Below, piece after piece: positions 18,729 to 27,762 of a stretch of DNA of 44,848 nt. Source of the DNA: an uncultured Bacteroidales bacterium (lineage in GTDB: Bacteria; Bacteroidota; Bacteroidia; Bacteroidales; UBA3663); NCBI GenBank assembly GCA_902779265.1, contig CACZAY010000003.1:1-44848 (forward strand). Reading direction: 5' to 3'. The position numbers and the translations under genes were made by a program. Each line of letters begins with the position of its first letter. Position 1 is the stretch's first letter. Under the pieces are notes generated by a model that saw only the letters and a list, made by a program, of their open reading frames with translations, searched no databases and was not told the origin of the DNA.

Positions 18729-18760
18729 TTCGGGCCAATGGGACTCTCCATCGGCCCGAA
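18729..18760. terminator. Hairpin between convergent genes (probably a bidirectional terminator)
   Basis: ttcgggccaatgg / ccatcggcccgaa form a 13-bp stem with one mismatch, flanked by T-runs on both strands. Confidence 0.6.
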
Positions 18761-18770
18761 AATCGTTTTT

Positions 18771-19514
18771 TCAGTCAACTATATAAGATATTGTAATGAG
18801 TTTTTTTGTCTCTTTGGGAATGAATACAGTATAATGACTCCATAAATCAGATGAAAAACTGATGCATATTCCATCAAGAAACATAGTAATATCGTGAATA
18901 TGCGGATCATCTATTGCTCGCCAACCATTCAAGTCGCTGTGGTAAAAACTGATGCTTTTCTCGATTTCGGATTGGCGTTCTTTTTTGTCATAATCATAAT
19001 CCAGCATGATTAATAATTTCTTTTCGGTCTTCATGTCCAGATAGGAGTCAAGCAGTTTATCTACAGCCCCAAACTCATATAGAACCTTCTTATCTGTTGT
19101 CAAATGCGGTACATATAAATATTCTGCATCGGGTTGTTTGGCCATTTCCCAAGACTTATGTCCATATTCATATCCCTCGCTTGCGTTGGGCGGGACTCCC
19201 AGTTTCTTGTTGCACACCTTCACCCTAATGGAAGCCGGAATGACCACATACGGTTTCTTGACTCGAAGATATTTGTCGAAAATCATTTGGATAACCATGT
19301 CGCACGTTGCATTGCGGCTCACTTGGCTATATCGTTCTGAGGCCTCACTCCAGACCTTATAAAAGTCTGGAAGTTTGTCAATGGAAAGTTCGTTAAACCG
19401 ACCTTTGATTGTCGCATTGGCCCGTTCGATGGATTGTTCGATTCGGGCATCATTATTTTGGGCCGATGCGATTGCCGCCCAGCTCAGGAGAAAAATAAGG
19501 AGAGTCTTGTGCAT
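18771..19514 (-). CDS. Secreted hypothetical protein (AT-rich, accessory)
   Basis: The ORF 18771..19640 was trimmed to MHKTLLIFLLSWAAIASAQ (signal peptide). No recognisable motif. GC content is well below the flanks. Confidence 0.5.
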   Translation of the reverse strand: MHKTLLIFLLSWAAIASAQNNDARIEQSIERANATIKGRFNELSIDKLPDFYKVWSEASERYSQVSRNATCDMVIQMIFDKYLRVKKPYVVIPASIRVKVCNKKLGVPPNASEGYEYGHKSWEMAKQPDAEYLYVPHLTTDKKVLYEFGAVDKLLDSYLDMKTEKKLLIMLDYDYDKKERQSEIEKSISFYHSDLNGWRAIDDPHIHDITMFLDGICISFSSDLWSHYTVFIPKETKKLITISYIVD

Positions 19515-19670
19515 ATCAGAAAAAGGATTAAGATGTTTTCCGCCGCAAAGATGGAGAAATTTCCCGATTCCGCCAAGAAAAAATGTCGATTTTTGCAACA
19601 GAATCGGGACATTGGCCAAGATGTCCCAACATTGTCCCACATTTTTTTTGGCCGACGAAAACTTTCCCCT

Positions 19671-19678
19671 TATCTTTG
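19671..19678 (+). promoter_or_regulatory. -7 box (TATCTTTG) of the 19699 gene
   Basis: Lies 20 nt upstream of the ATG at 19699. Confidence 0.5.
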
Positions 19679-19698
19679 CGGCGATAAATTTAATCCCG

Positions 19699-21603
19699 AT
19701 GAAAGCAATCCACGCAATCTACATCCTGTTTTGGCCGATGCTCCTCGCCGCCTGTTCGCAGCGCGACCTCGACCACGTGTGCGGCAACATGTCGGCCAAT
19801 GCCCAGCTCGTCGAACTGCAGAACTACTACTCGCCGTATCTTGACTCGACGTTCCAGCGGAGCCTTTCAATGGTCAACGCCATTGACACGGCCACCCTTT
19901 CCCGGCGAGACCGCTACGAGTGGCTCGAACTGAAGTGTAATATCTCGGAATCCAACCAGCAGCCATGCACCTGGATTGAAGAGATTCAGGCTTGGGCCGA
20001 TGATGCAGACCTGCGCGGCTCCGACCGTGACATCCTGGCGGCGCATCTGGCCTTGTTCTATGGATACAAATATTGGGACCGGGAGCACTACAGCCGATAC
20101 AGGAAAATTGTTCCTGCCGAAGAGTATGATTCCATCCGCAATCTGCGGCTACAGGAACTTCTCTTTTGTATTCACTATAAGGAAGATGACACCATCAGCG
20201 TGCCACGGGGTGACTACCTGCTGTTGAAGTCCCGTGCGTATTACCTGTTGGCCAGAGAATATCATCGGACCTACTCGACGGACTATTATGCGATGGCCGA
20301 ATGTTCCAGCCGGGCGGCACGGCTGTTGAAGCCCTTCATCGATGCCAATTTTTTCAAGCTTGGCACAAGTAAGGTCCGATATATCTACAAGCAGCTGTTG
20401 CGTGAAGCCGCCACGTTATACCGTAATTGCGGCGAGTATAAGAAAGCCGACCGCTGTATGTTCCTGCATCTGGAATTGGCCTCCGAAGAAAACAATGAAT
20501 ACGATATCTGCCGCAGCAAGGCACTGTTGGCCAGCATTGACCTTGCCCGCGTGATTACCCAAGTGATTCACTCCGGTGAAAAAGAGAAAAGTGAGGGACG
20601 CAGAAAGTGGCTCAAGCGGAATCGTGACGATGCGCTTTTCATCTTGAATGATGCCATTGCGAAGTGCCGCAAGGAGAGCCGTCAGGTGCCGTCCGACATC
20701 TACCATTACAAGGCATTGGCCTTTATCATGAATGACGAGGTCGATTCCGCCTATCATTACAACCTGAAGGCGGGAGTCCTTACTACCGAACTTGCCCAGG
20801 CTGGATCGCTCTATATTTCATCGCGCTACAAGTCGTTGCATAGAGACCAGGCGGGTGCATTTGAGGATATGCGTCGTGGTTTTATGCTGTTGGCCAATGT
20901 TTATGACAAGGTCGCCTGTCGTCAGCAGGCCGTTCCGGATTTTGTGATTCGCGACAGGATTCAGCGCATTCTGGATAGTCAGGAACTTGACCACAGGTAT
21001 AGGCTGGTGCGTCTCAGTCTGGGCTTCGCCGCACTGTTGGCCGTAATCATCTGGCTCCTGACCCGCAAGCAGCGCAAGCTGACCCGCCTGCACCGCGACA
21101 TCGAGGCCCTGAACCGGCAGCTGGACCAGCTGCGCGTCGAGCGGCTCAGGTCGGCGGGCGACGAGGAGGGGAGTGAGGTTGTGGCCGATGCGCCATTGGC
21201 CGAAACCCAGACGATGGAGAGCGTCTTCGTGCGCAAGCTGCTGATGAAGCGTGCGGCCTTCATGGAGAGCGCGCAACACCGCATCGTGGTCAAATATGCG
21301 CTGAGGCAGCAGTCGGGTATCAATCCCGAGTCGAACACAATGCCGGCCGATGTGCGTCGCGCGCTGATGGATGCCGTCCTGGGCGACTTCTCGCTGGAGT
21401 GCCAGCAGCTGCGCGAACTGTATCCTGCACTGACGGCGGCCGAGACCATCTACTGCATCCTCAACCTGCTGGACTTCGGCGGGAAGGTGGGCGCCTACTG
21501 CATGGAGGTGAGCCACGAAGCCTATCGGCGGCGGAAGAGCCGCATCAAGTCGAAGGTGTCGCCTGCACTTTTTGACTGCATCTTCGCATCGGACGAAAAC
21601 TAA
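19699..21603 (+). CDS. Membrane-anchored regulator: lipoprotein-like N-terminus, helical-repeat region, one TM helix, coiled coil, C-terminal LuxR-like HTH
   Basis: The ORF 19375..21603 was trimmed to MKAIHAIYILFWPMLLAAC. A TM segment LSLGFAALLAVIIWLL is present. The C-terminus LTAAETIYCILNLLDFGGKVGAYCMEVSHEAYRRRKSRIKSKV resembles a LuxR/GerE-type HTH. Confidence 0.5.
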   Translation: MKAIHAIYILFWPMLLAACSQRDLDHVCGNMSANAQLVELQNYYSPYLDSTFQRSLSMVNAIDTATLSRRDRYEWLELKCNISESNQQPCTWIEEIQAWADDADLRGSDRDILAAHLALFYGYKYWDREHYSRYRKIVPAEEYDSIRNLRLQELLFCIHYKEDDTISVPRGDYLLLKSRAYYLLAREYHRTYSTDYYAMAECSSRAARLLKPFIDANFFKLGTSKVRYIYKQLLREAATLYRNCGEYKKADRCMFLHLELASEENNEYDICRSKALLASIDLARVITQVIHSGEKEKSEGRRKWLKRNRDDALFILNDAIAKCRKESRQVPSDIYHYKALAFIMNDEVDSAYHYNLKAGVLTTELAQAGSLYISSRYKSLHRDQAGAFEDMRRGFMLLANVYDKVACRQQAVPDFVIRDRIQRILDSQELDHRYRLVRLSLGFAALLAVIIWLLTRKQRKLTRLHRDIEALNRQLDQLRVERLRSAGDEEGSEVVADAPLAETQTMESVFVRKLLMKRAAFMESAQHRIVVKYALRQQSGINPESNTMPADVRRALMDAVLGDFSLECQQLRELYPALTAAETIYCILNLLDFGGKVGAYCMEVSHEAYRRRKSRIKSKVSPALFDCIFASDEN

Positions 21604-21625
21604 CCCCTTAAAAACAATTATATAG

Positions 21626-23494
21626 ATGAAAAACCTCAAGCAAATCACTCTCGCCGCCGCCCTCATCCTGGGGTGTGCGACATTGGCCAATGCCAAAAAC
21701 GAGAAAAACGGTGATGTTGTCTGGGCCGATGTGACCCACGGCTACACCACGACCGACGAGTTCACCTTCCGCCGCGTCACATTGACCGACACGGCCACCA
21801 TCGTGGCGTTCGACTTCGACTACCCAGCCGGCCGGAAATTCAAGTTCCCGAAAAGCACCCATCTGGTGACCGACGGCGGCCAACAGCTCAAGCTGCTGCG
21901 CATGGAGGGTGCGGATCTTGGCCAATGGCTCACGACCGACGGCACGACGCAGCACTACGTGATGCACTTCGAGCCTGCGCCGAAATCGACCCGCTGGCTG
22001 CACTACGTCGAGACAGGAAAGCCGGGCGACTGGAACATCGGCTATATCCGCGACAAGAGCCGGAAGATGGCTGCCGACCTGCCTGCCGAGTGGCGGAAGG
22101 TGAAATACGACCGCCGTGCGCCGTTGCCCGCTGTCCGCTACGCGCCCGATTCGGCCTTCATCCGCGTGCATGTCGTCAACTACAGCCCGTCTATCGGAAT
22201 TCAGATTTATCATAGCGATGATGCGTTCAAGAAGTCCGTCCGCGAAGGAATGACCATCGTCACCCCAGACGAAAAGGGAGAGGCTCTGATCCGTGTCAAG
22301 ATTCCGTTCGCGACGGTAATCCGGCTCTATTTCGGCCGATATGGCGGAAGCCGCGAAGTGCTGTTGCAGCCTGGCGAAATGGCCGAACTTCTGGTTGATA
22401 TGTCCGGCGAAAAGTCGCAGATACTGCACTGCAAGGGCGCATCGGCCACACTGAACTATGAGTCCTCCCAGCCCGAATGTGCGGAACTCGTCAAGGTATT
22501 TGCGGCCAATGAAAACTTGGAGCGTCTTGGCCAATGCCCATCGGCCGAAACCCGTCTGGCCTGTGCCGACTCGCTGCTTGCGGCAGGGACATCGGCCATC
22601 AACCGCAGTCCGTGGAGCGAGGCCACCAAAGCCTACCAGCGCATGAGGCTGGAATACGGCTACAGCGAGACATTGCGCGACTTCGCATCGACCATGGGGC
22701 AACTCTACAGGCTTCAGCATCCGGAAGTGCCGATGAACCAGACGCGTTGGGACAGCCTGAAGACGGTCTATCGCGACTGCCTCCCCCCCGATGTGGCCGA
22801 ACGGCATCTGGCCGGCAAGCCGCTGGAGCTGAACTGGTCGCCATCGGCCGCCATCTTGGGCAGGAGATTCTTTTCATTGGCCGCAAAAGACACGAAAGAC
22901 GCGAACGGTGTCACCAACCAGCTGAACTACGAGCTGCGCCGCGCCTACCAGTGTATGCAGGAGGTCAACTACGCCGATTCCGTCCTGGCCACCATCCACG
23001 ACAGCGGCATCCGGCAGCTGTTGGACAAGCTGCACGCCGAGGAGGACAGCCTATTGGCCGAAATCAAGAGCCGGAAGAACGTCTTCTTCCACGAGCTGGA
23101 CAGTGTCGCGCCCGACCGGATTCTGGCCGAGATCATTGGCCGATACAAGGGTCACGTCGTCCTGGTCGATGTCTGGGAGTCGTGGTGCGGCCCGTGCCGT
23201 CGCGGCCACGAGCAGATGGTTCCGGTGAAAAAGGAATTGGCCGACCGCAACATCCGCTACGTCTATCTCTCCAGCCCGTCGTCTGACCCCGCCATGTGGA
23301 ACAAGCTGATTGCCGACATCGAGGGCGACCACTACTTCCTGACCGATGAGCAGATGAGGGCTGTGGCCAATGAACTCCAATCGGCCGCCGTCCCGACCTA
23401 CGCCATCTACGACGCCGAGGGCAACCGTATCTACAAGCAGCGCGGCGTGGATACAAAGTCACTGAAGGCCCAGCTGCTGAAGGCGACGGAGTGA
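21626..23494 (+). CDS. TlpA-like thiol:disulfide oxidoreductase with a large N-terminal domain
   Basis: Signal/lipobox LILGCATLANA is present. The C-terminal thioredoxin fold has VDVWESWCGPCRRGHEQM (WCGPC active site). Confidence 0.75.
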   Translation: MKNLKQITLAAALILGCATLANAKNEKNGDVVWADVTHGYTTTDEFTFRRVTLTDTATIVAFDFDYPAGRKFKFPKSTHLVTDGGQQLKLLRMEGADLGQWLTTDGTTQHYVMHFEPAPKSTRWLHYVETGKPGDWNIGYIRDKSRKMAADLPAEWRKVKYDRRAPLPAVRYAPDSAFIRVHVVNYSPSIGIQIYHSDDAFKKSVREGMTIVTPDEKGEALIRVKIPFATVIRLYFGRYGGSREVLLQPGEMAELLVDMSGEKSQILHCKGASATLNYESSQPECAELVKVFAANENLERLGQCPSAETRLACADSLLAAGTSAINRSPWSEATKAYQRMRLEYGYSETLRDFASTMGQLYRLQHPEVPMNQTRWDSLKTVYRDCLPPDVAERHLAGKPLELNWSPSAAILGRRFFSLAAKDTKDANGVTNQLNYELRRAYQCMQEVNYADSVLATIHDSGIRQLLDKLHAEEDSLLAEIKSRKNVFFHELDSVAPDRILAEIIGRYKGHVVLVDVWESWCGPCRRGHEQMVPVKKELADRNIRYVYLSSPSSDPAMWNKLIADIEGDHYFLTDEQMRAVANELQSAAVPTYAIYDAEGNRIYKQRGVDTKSLKAQLLKATE

Positions 23495-23621
23495 GGCATC
23501 GGCCGATGTCCCGGCTCCATTTTGACCAATGCAAATGCTAATTCCGGCGGCAAATGGGGTGAAAATGAGGGGCATCGGCCATAAAAACCGAAAAAATCTT
23601 GTTCATAACTCAAAAAATGAC

Positions 23622-23629
23622 TATCTTCG
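23622..23629 (+). promoter_or_regulatory. Imperfect -7 box (TATCTTCG) upstream of rplS
   Basis: Lies about 100 nt upstream of the ATG. The leader contains a cgcagc...gctgcg hairpin. Confidence 0.3.
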
Positions 23630-23729
23630 CACCCGCTTTTCGCAGCCTATGGCATGGAACGCTACTTGTGGATGCTGCGGGAAGACAAAATTTTTAAGTT
23701 AAACAAACTAAAAACATTAAACAGTCGTT

Positions 23730-24095
23730 ATGGCAGATTTGATGAAAATCGCTGAAGAGGCTTTCGCCACCGGCAAAGAGCTCCCAGCATTCAACAGCGG
23801 CGATACGATCACTGTTTCCTACAAGATCAAGGAGGGTAACAAGGAGCGTATCCAGCAGTACCGAGGCGTAGTCATCCGTATTTCGGGTCATGGTACAAAG
23901 AAGCGTTTCACCGTTCGCAAGATTTCTGACGGCATCGGTGTCGAGCGCATTTTCCCAATGGAGTCTCCATTCATTGAGAACGTAGTCGTAAACAAGGAGG
24001 GCCGCGTACGTCGCGCACGTCTCTACTACCTCCGCAACTTGACCGGCAAGGCTGCCCGCATCCGCGAGAAGCGTGTCGTTGCAAAGGCTGAGTAA
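23730..24095 (+). CDS. rplS: 50S ribosomal protein L19
   Basis: [26 protein letters not shown]...[18 protein letters not shown] is canonical L19 sequence. Confidence 0.95.
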   Translation: MADLMKIAEEAFATGKELPAFNSGDTITVSYKIKEGNKERIQQYRGVVIRISGHGTKKRFTVRKISDGIGVERIFPMESPFIENVVVNKEGRVRRARLYYLRNLTGKAARIREKRVVAKAE

Positions 24096-24098
24096 TTT

Positions 24099-25337
24099 GT
24101 GACTACGAAAAGCAACAAGCAAAATTTGGCAGCACTTCCCTTCTGGCGACGTGCTGCCAAAGTCTTATTCCGGGCATTCTGGCGTTCCATCAGAGTGGCC
24201 GCGACCGCCCTTGCGCTGGCCGTGTCGCTGCTGCTGGTGGCATCGGCCTACAGCGACATGATCAGTCCGCTGGTGTGGATTGTCGCGCCGTTCCTGGGAC
24301 TGTTCTTCCCGGTCTTCCTGCTTGTCGCTCTGTCGTGTCTCGCCGGACTATTGGCCATAAAACGCTGGCGCTCGTCGCTCGTCATTGTGGCCTCCCTGCT
24401 CATCTGCAGCGGACGGATCTGGAGATATTGTCCAATGCACCTGTCTGCCCCCGAGCCCGTCACCAACGTCCTCGTCGAGGATGGTGTCGAGGGACGCACG
24501 CCGGTCGATACTTTCCGCGTGCTGACGTTCAACACCTGCGCCACGGGCAAGGCCAAACTGTGGAAGAAGGACGAGCCTATCCCCGTCATGGAACTGGCGC
24601 GGGAGAGTGGGGCCGATGTCGTCTGCTTCCAGGAATACCAGTTCTCGCGGAAGGGCGGCTACGAGGAACCGCAGCTGCGCGCCACACTCCAGAAGGAATA
24701 TCCCTATTATCACATTGTCTATAATTCGGACCAGAAAAAACCGGTGATGGGCGTTGCCATCTTCTCGAAATGGCCATTGGTCAAGCAGGAGAAGATTGAC
24801 AAGCGCGAGAAGAAATATTGCTGGGCCGGATATTATGAATTGAACGTGCGCGGCCGGCGTGTGGCGCTCGTCAACTGCCACCTCCAGTCGAACTCCATCT
24901 CGGACAAGAACCGCAAGCTCTATCAGGAGCAGGTGGAGCATTTCCAGGCTGACAGCCTGCGCCGCATGGAGGAGGGGCTGCGTCAGCTGGGCCCGTCGTT
25001 CCGCACGCGCACGGAGCAGGTCTCCATCATCAACCGCTATCTGGCCGAGCGGCGCAAGCAGTGGAGCGAGCCGCTGCCGATGCTCATCTGCGGCGACATG
25101 AACGACACGCCGACCTCGTTCACCTACCGCGCCCTGCGTGGCGATATGGCCGACACGTGGCAGGATGCCGGTTTCGGTCCGGGCATCACCTTCCGCAGTG
25201 CGCCGTTCTGGTTCCGCATCGACCACATCTTCCACTCGTCACATTTCCGCACGCTCGACGTCGAGGTGATGCGCGACCAGAAGATGTCCGACCATTATCC
25301 CGTCATGGCGACGTTCCAGCTGTTGCCGCGCGAGTGA
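24099..25337 (+). CDS. Membrane-anchored endonuclease/exonuclease/phosphatase (EEP) family protein
   Basis: N-terminal TM helices are followed by VLTFN...VVCFQE...NCHLQS...GDMNDTP...DHIF.S...SDHYPV (EEP motifs). An apparent GTG start lies 4 nt after the rplS stop. Confidence 0.75.
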   Translation: MTTKSNKQNLAALPFWRRAAKVLFRAFWRSIRVAATALALAVSLLLVASAYSDMISPLVWIVAPFLGLFFPVFLLVALSCLAGLLAIKRWRSSLVIVASLLICSGRIWRYCPMHLSAPEPVTNVLVEDGVEGRTPVDTFRVLTFNTCATGKAKLWKKDEPIPVMELARESGADVVCFQEYQFSRKGGYEEPQLRATLQKEYPYYHIVYNSDQKKPVMGVAIFSKWPLVKQEKIDKREKKYCWAGYYELNVRGRRVALVNCHLQSNSISDKNRKLYQEQVEHFQADSLRRMEEGLRQLGPSFRTRTEQVSIINRYLAERRKQWSEPLPMLICGDMNDTPTSFTYRALRGDMADTWQDAGFGPGITFRSAPFWFRIDHIFHSSHFRTLDVEVMRDQKMSDHYPVMATFQLLPRE

Positions 25338-25418
25338 AGGAGACCCCATCCCAACTTGAAGGAATCACCATTGGCCAACATCTAGTAACCTCACAACCTA
25401 ATAACCTCACAACCTGAA

Positions 25419-26060
25419 ATGCTTTCTTTCGTCACCTACATCGTCCTTGTGGCCTTCGTGTGCCTGCTGTGCAACCTGTATGGTTGGCGGCCGGAGGGTG
25501 TGATGCGCCGACAGCTGGACAGCATGGCCGACACGCGCAACGAACGTTCGTTTGTGTCCAATGAGCAGGGATGGGAGTTGAGCCGTTTCCTGCTCGTCTT
25601 GGAATGGTGCATCTTTTTCGGGCTGATTCTGTTCACGCGGGCCGATGAGGAGTATCTGGACGACCTGCTGCATCCCGACCTTGAGGTGTGGTTGCAGTTG
25701 GCCATCTGTATTGCGGTGCCGGCTGTGTGGTTTTATGTCCAATGGGGTCTGTACCGCTGGTGGGCATTCCTGTTCCACGAGGACGGAAGGGCCATGATTC
25801 TGACGCGCGTCTATAAGGCCGTCTATATGTTGTCCGCGCCATTGGCATTGGCCACATTCCTGAGTGAAATCGTCGGGCTCCTGTCGCCGCAGGACAGCTG
25901 GATTTTGCTTTTGGTGATTTTCATTATTGCGCAAATCGTCTTTATTTTCAACGGCATCAAGATTTTTTGGAGCGGAATTGGTACGTTGTGTTTTATTTTT
26001 TTGTATCTTTGCGCGTTCAAAATAGCCCCTATTCTGCTTCTGATAGCAAAATTGGGCTGA
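25419..26060 (+). CDS. DUF4271-like multi-pass membrane protein
   Basis: The 213-aa protein is hydrophobic. Its position directly upstream of a hemD-like gene is the usual Bacteroidales arrangement. Confidence 0.6.
   Translation: MLSFVTYIVLVAFVCLLCNLYGWRPEGVMRRQLDSMADTRNERSFVSNEQGWELSRFLLVLEWCIFFGLILFTRADEEYLDDLLHPDLEVWLQLAICIAVPAVWFYVQWGLYRWWAFLFHEDGRAMILTRVYKAVYMLSAPLALATFLSEIVGLLSPQDSWILLLVIFIIAQIVFIFNGIKIFWSGIGTLCFIFLYLCAFKIAPILLLIAKLG
26004..26011 (+). promoter_or_regulatory. Internal -7 box (TATCTTTG) upstream of hemD, inside the preceding gene
   Basis: Lies 83 nt upstream of the ATG at 26094. Confidence 0.4.
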
Positions 26061-26093
26061 TTTTTTGTCTAAAAAAACGAAAAAGATCTTTTG

Positions 26094-26831
26094 ATGAAAG
26101 TTAAAACTATCCTTGTTTCACAGCCCACTCCGCCCGAGAAGTCACCCTATTACGATTTGGAACGCAAATTCGGTGTAAAGCTGACGTTCAAGCCATTCAT
26201 CCGCATCGAGTCGCTCAGCACTCAGGAGTTCCGTGCGCAGAAGATTTTTGTGCCCGATTTCTCGGCCATCGTGCTCACGTCGCGTACATCGGTAGACCAT
26301 TTCTTCAACCTGTGCAAGGAGCTGCGCGCACCCATCAGCGAAGAGCTTCAATACTTCTGTCTGAGCGAGACCATCGCGCTCTATCTTCAGAAATACATCA
26401 CGTTCCGCAAGCGCAAGATCCACTTCTCGAAGGTGGCGCAGTGGGACGACCTGGCATTGGTCATGAAAAAGCATAACACGGAGCGTTTCCTGATGCCTGT
26501 GGCCGATGTTCATAAGGAGGATCTCTCCATCTTTGCCAAGGCCAAGGTGAACGTCACCACGGCAGTCTTCTACCGCACGGTGAGCGCCGAGTTCACGCCC
26601 GAGGAAATCAAGCAGTACGACATGCTCTGCTTCTTCACGCCGGCCGGCATCCAGTCGCTTTTCACCAACTATCCGGGCTATGAACAGGGAGACCAGCAGT
26701 TGGCCATCTTCGGCCCGTCGGCCATTGCTGCGGCCGAGGCTCGCGGCCTGCGTGTCGATCTGGCGGCTCCGACCGAGGAGTGCCCGTCGATGCCGGCTGC
26801 CCTCAATTCCTTCCTGCTGAAAAACCTTTGA
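26094..26831 (+). CDS. hemD: Uroporphyrinogen-III synthase-like protein
   Basis: MKVKTILVSQP...FKPFIRIE...AIVLTSRTSVDHFF...FTPAGIQSLF match HemD family patterns. The ORF track begins one codon earlier at a TTG. Confidence 0.8.
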   Translation: MKVKTILVSQPTPPEKSPYYDLERKFGVKLTFKPFIRIESLSTQEFRAQKIFVPDFSAIVLTSRTSVDHFFNLCKELRAPISEELQYFCLSETIALYLQKYITFRKRKIHFSKVAQWDDLALVMKKHNTERFLMPVADVHKEDLSIFAKAKVNVTTAVFYRTVSAEFTPEEIKQYDMLCFFTPAGIQSLFTNYPGYEQGDQQLAIFGPSAIAAAEARGLRVDLAAPTEECPSMPAALNSFLLKNL

Positions 26832-26961
26832 GGGGTTATTTTGTTGGGTTATAAGGTTGTAAGGTCGCTTTGCTGGTAAGGTCATGAGGAATCCTCCTTA
26901 AAACCTCATAACCTCAAAACCTTAAAACCTAATAATCTAATAACCTCAAAACCTGAAGATT

Positions 26962-27357
26962 ATGAAACAATTCACGCTGCCCAAGACCGAGCGCCTCTAC
27001 CTGCGCAGCGCCATTAGCGAGCTGTTTGCTAAGGGCAGCAGTTTCATGGTTTTCCCATACAGAATCATCTACCGCGTGCTGCCCGAGGATGACCCTCAGA
27101 CGGCGCGCGTCGCCATTATGACCATCGCGCCCAAGAAGCGTTTCAAGCACGCTGTGGACCGCAACCACGTCAAGCGGCTCTCGCGCGAGGCATATCGTCT
27201 GAACAAGTTGTCGATTGTCGGCCAATGCGAATCGGCGCACAAGAAATTGGCCTTTGCGATGCTCTATTGCGACAACAAGTTCCTGACGTTCGACGAAACC
27301 CGGCAGCGGATGCAGAAGATCCTGCGGACGCTCAGCCAAAAAGTGTCGGCCGAATGA
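26962..27357 (+). CDS. rnpA: Ribonuclease P protein component
   Basis: [20 protein letters not shown]...[22 protein letters not shown]. The gene is followed by an overlapping yidD. Confidence 0.85.
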   Translation: MKQFTLPKTERLYLRSAISELFAKGSSFMVFPYRIIYRVLPEDDPQTARVAIMTIAPKKRFKHAVDRNHVKRLSREAYRLNKLSIVGQCESAHKKLAFAMLYCDNKFLTFDETRQRMQKILRTLSQKVSAE

Positions 27358-27563
27358 AGACAATCATGATTTGGCTGATCCGCTGGTATCAGACGTGCAT
27401 TTCGCCGCTCACGCCGCCCTCGTGCCGCTACACGCCGACGTGTTCGCAGTACGCATTGGAGGCAATACAGAAATACGGCCCCATCAAGGGCTTGTGGTTG
27501 GCCATAAAGCGCATCAGCCGCTGTCATCCGTGGGGCGGAAGCGGCTACGACCCGGTGCCGTAA
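27354..27563 (+). CDS. yidD: Membrane protein insertion efficiency factor YidD
   Basis: The internal start [18 protein letters not shown]...[18 protein letters not shown]...[17 protein letters not shown] was chosen. ATGA overlaps the rnpA stop. Confidence 0.9.
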   Translation: MKTIMIWLIRWYQTCISPLTPPSCRYTPTCSQYALEAIQKYGPIKGLWLAIKRISRCHPWGGSGYDPVP

Positions 27564-27762
27564 GAATTTTTTAAGGGTTGTAAAAGGGTAGTAAAAAGGG
27601 AGTTAAAGGGTAGTAAAAGGGACATTTGCTCCGGCTACCGACCTTTAATTGCGTATTTCTTCGCTCAAAAAAAGTATTTGTCCCTTTTACTCCGTTTTTA
27701 CTACTTTTTTGAGCATTTCCCTGCCTTCTCTTTAATCAATCCACTTTCCACATCCTTCACAC

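Noticed and set aside
23630-23729. Possible ribosomal-protein leader (autoregulatory structure) upstream of rplS.
   Set aside because: Only a single cgcagc/gctgcg hairpin is visible, and I cannot show similarity to known L19 leaders by eye.
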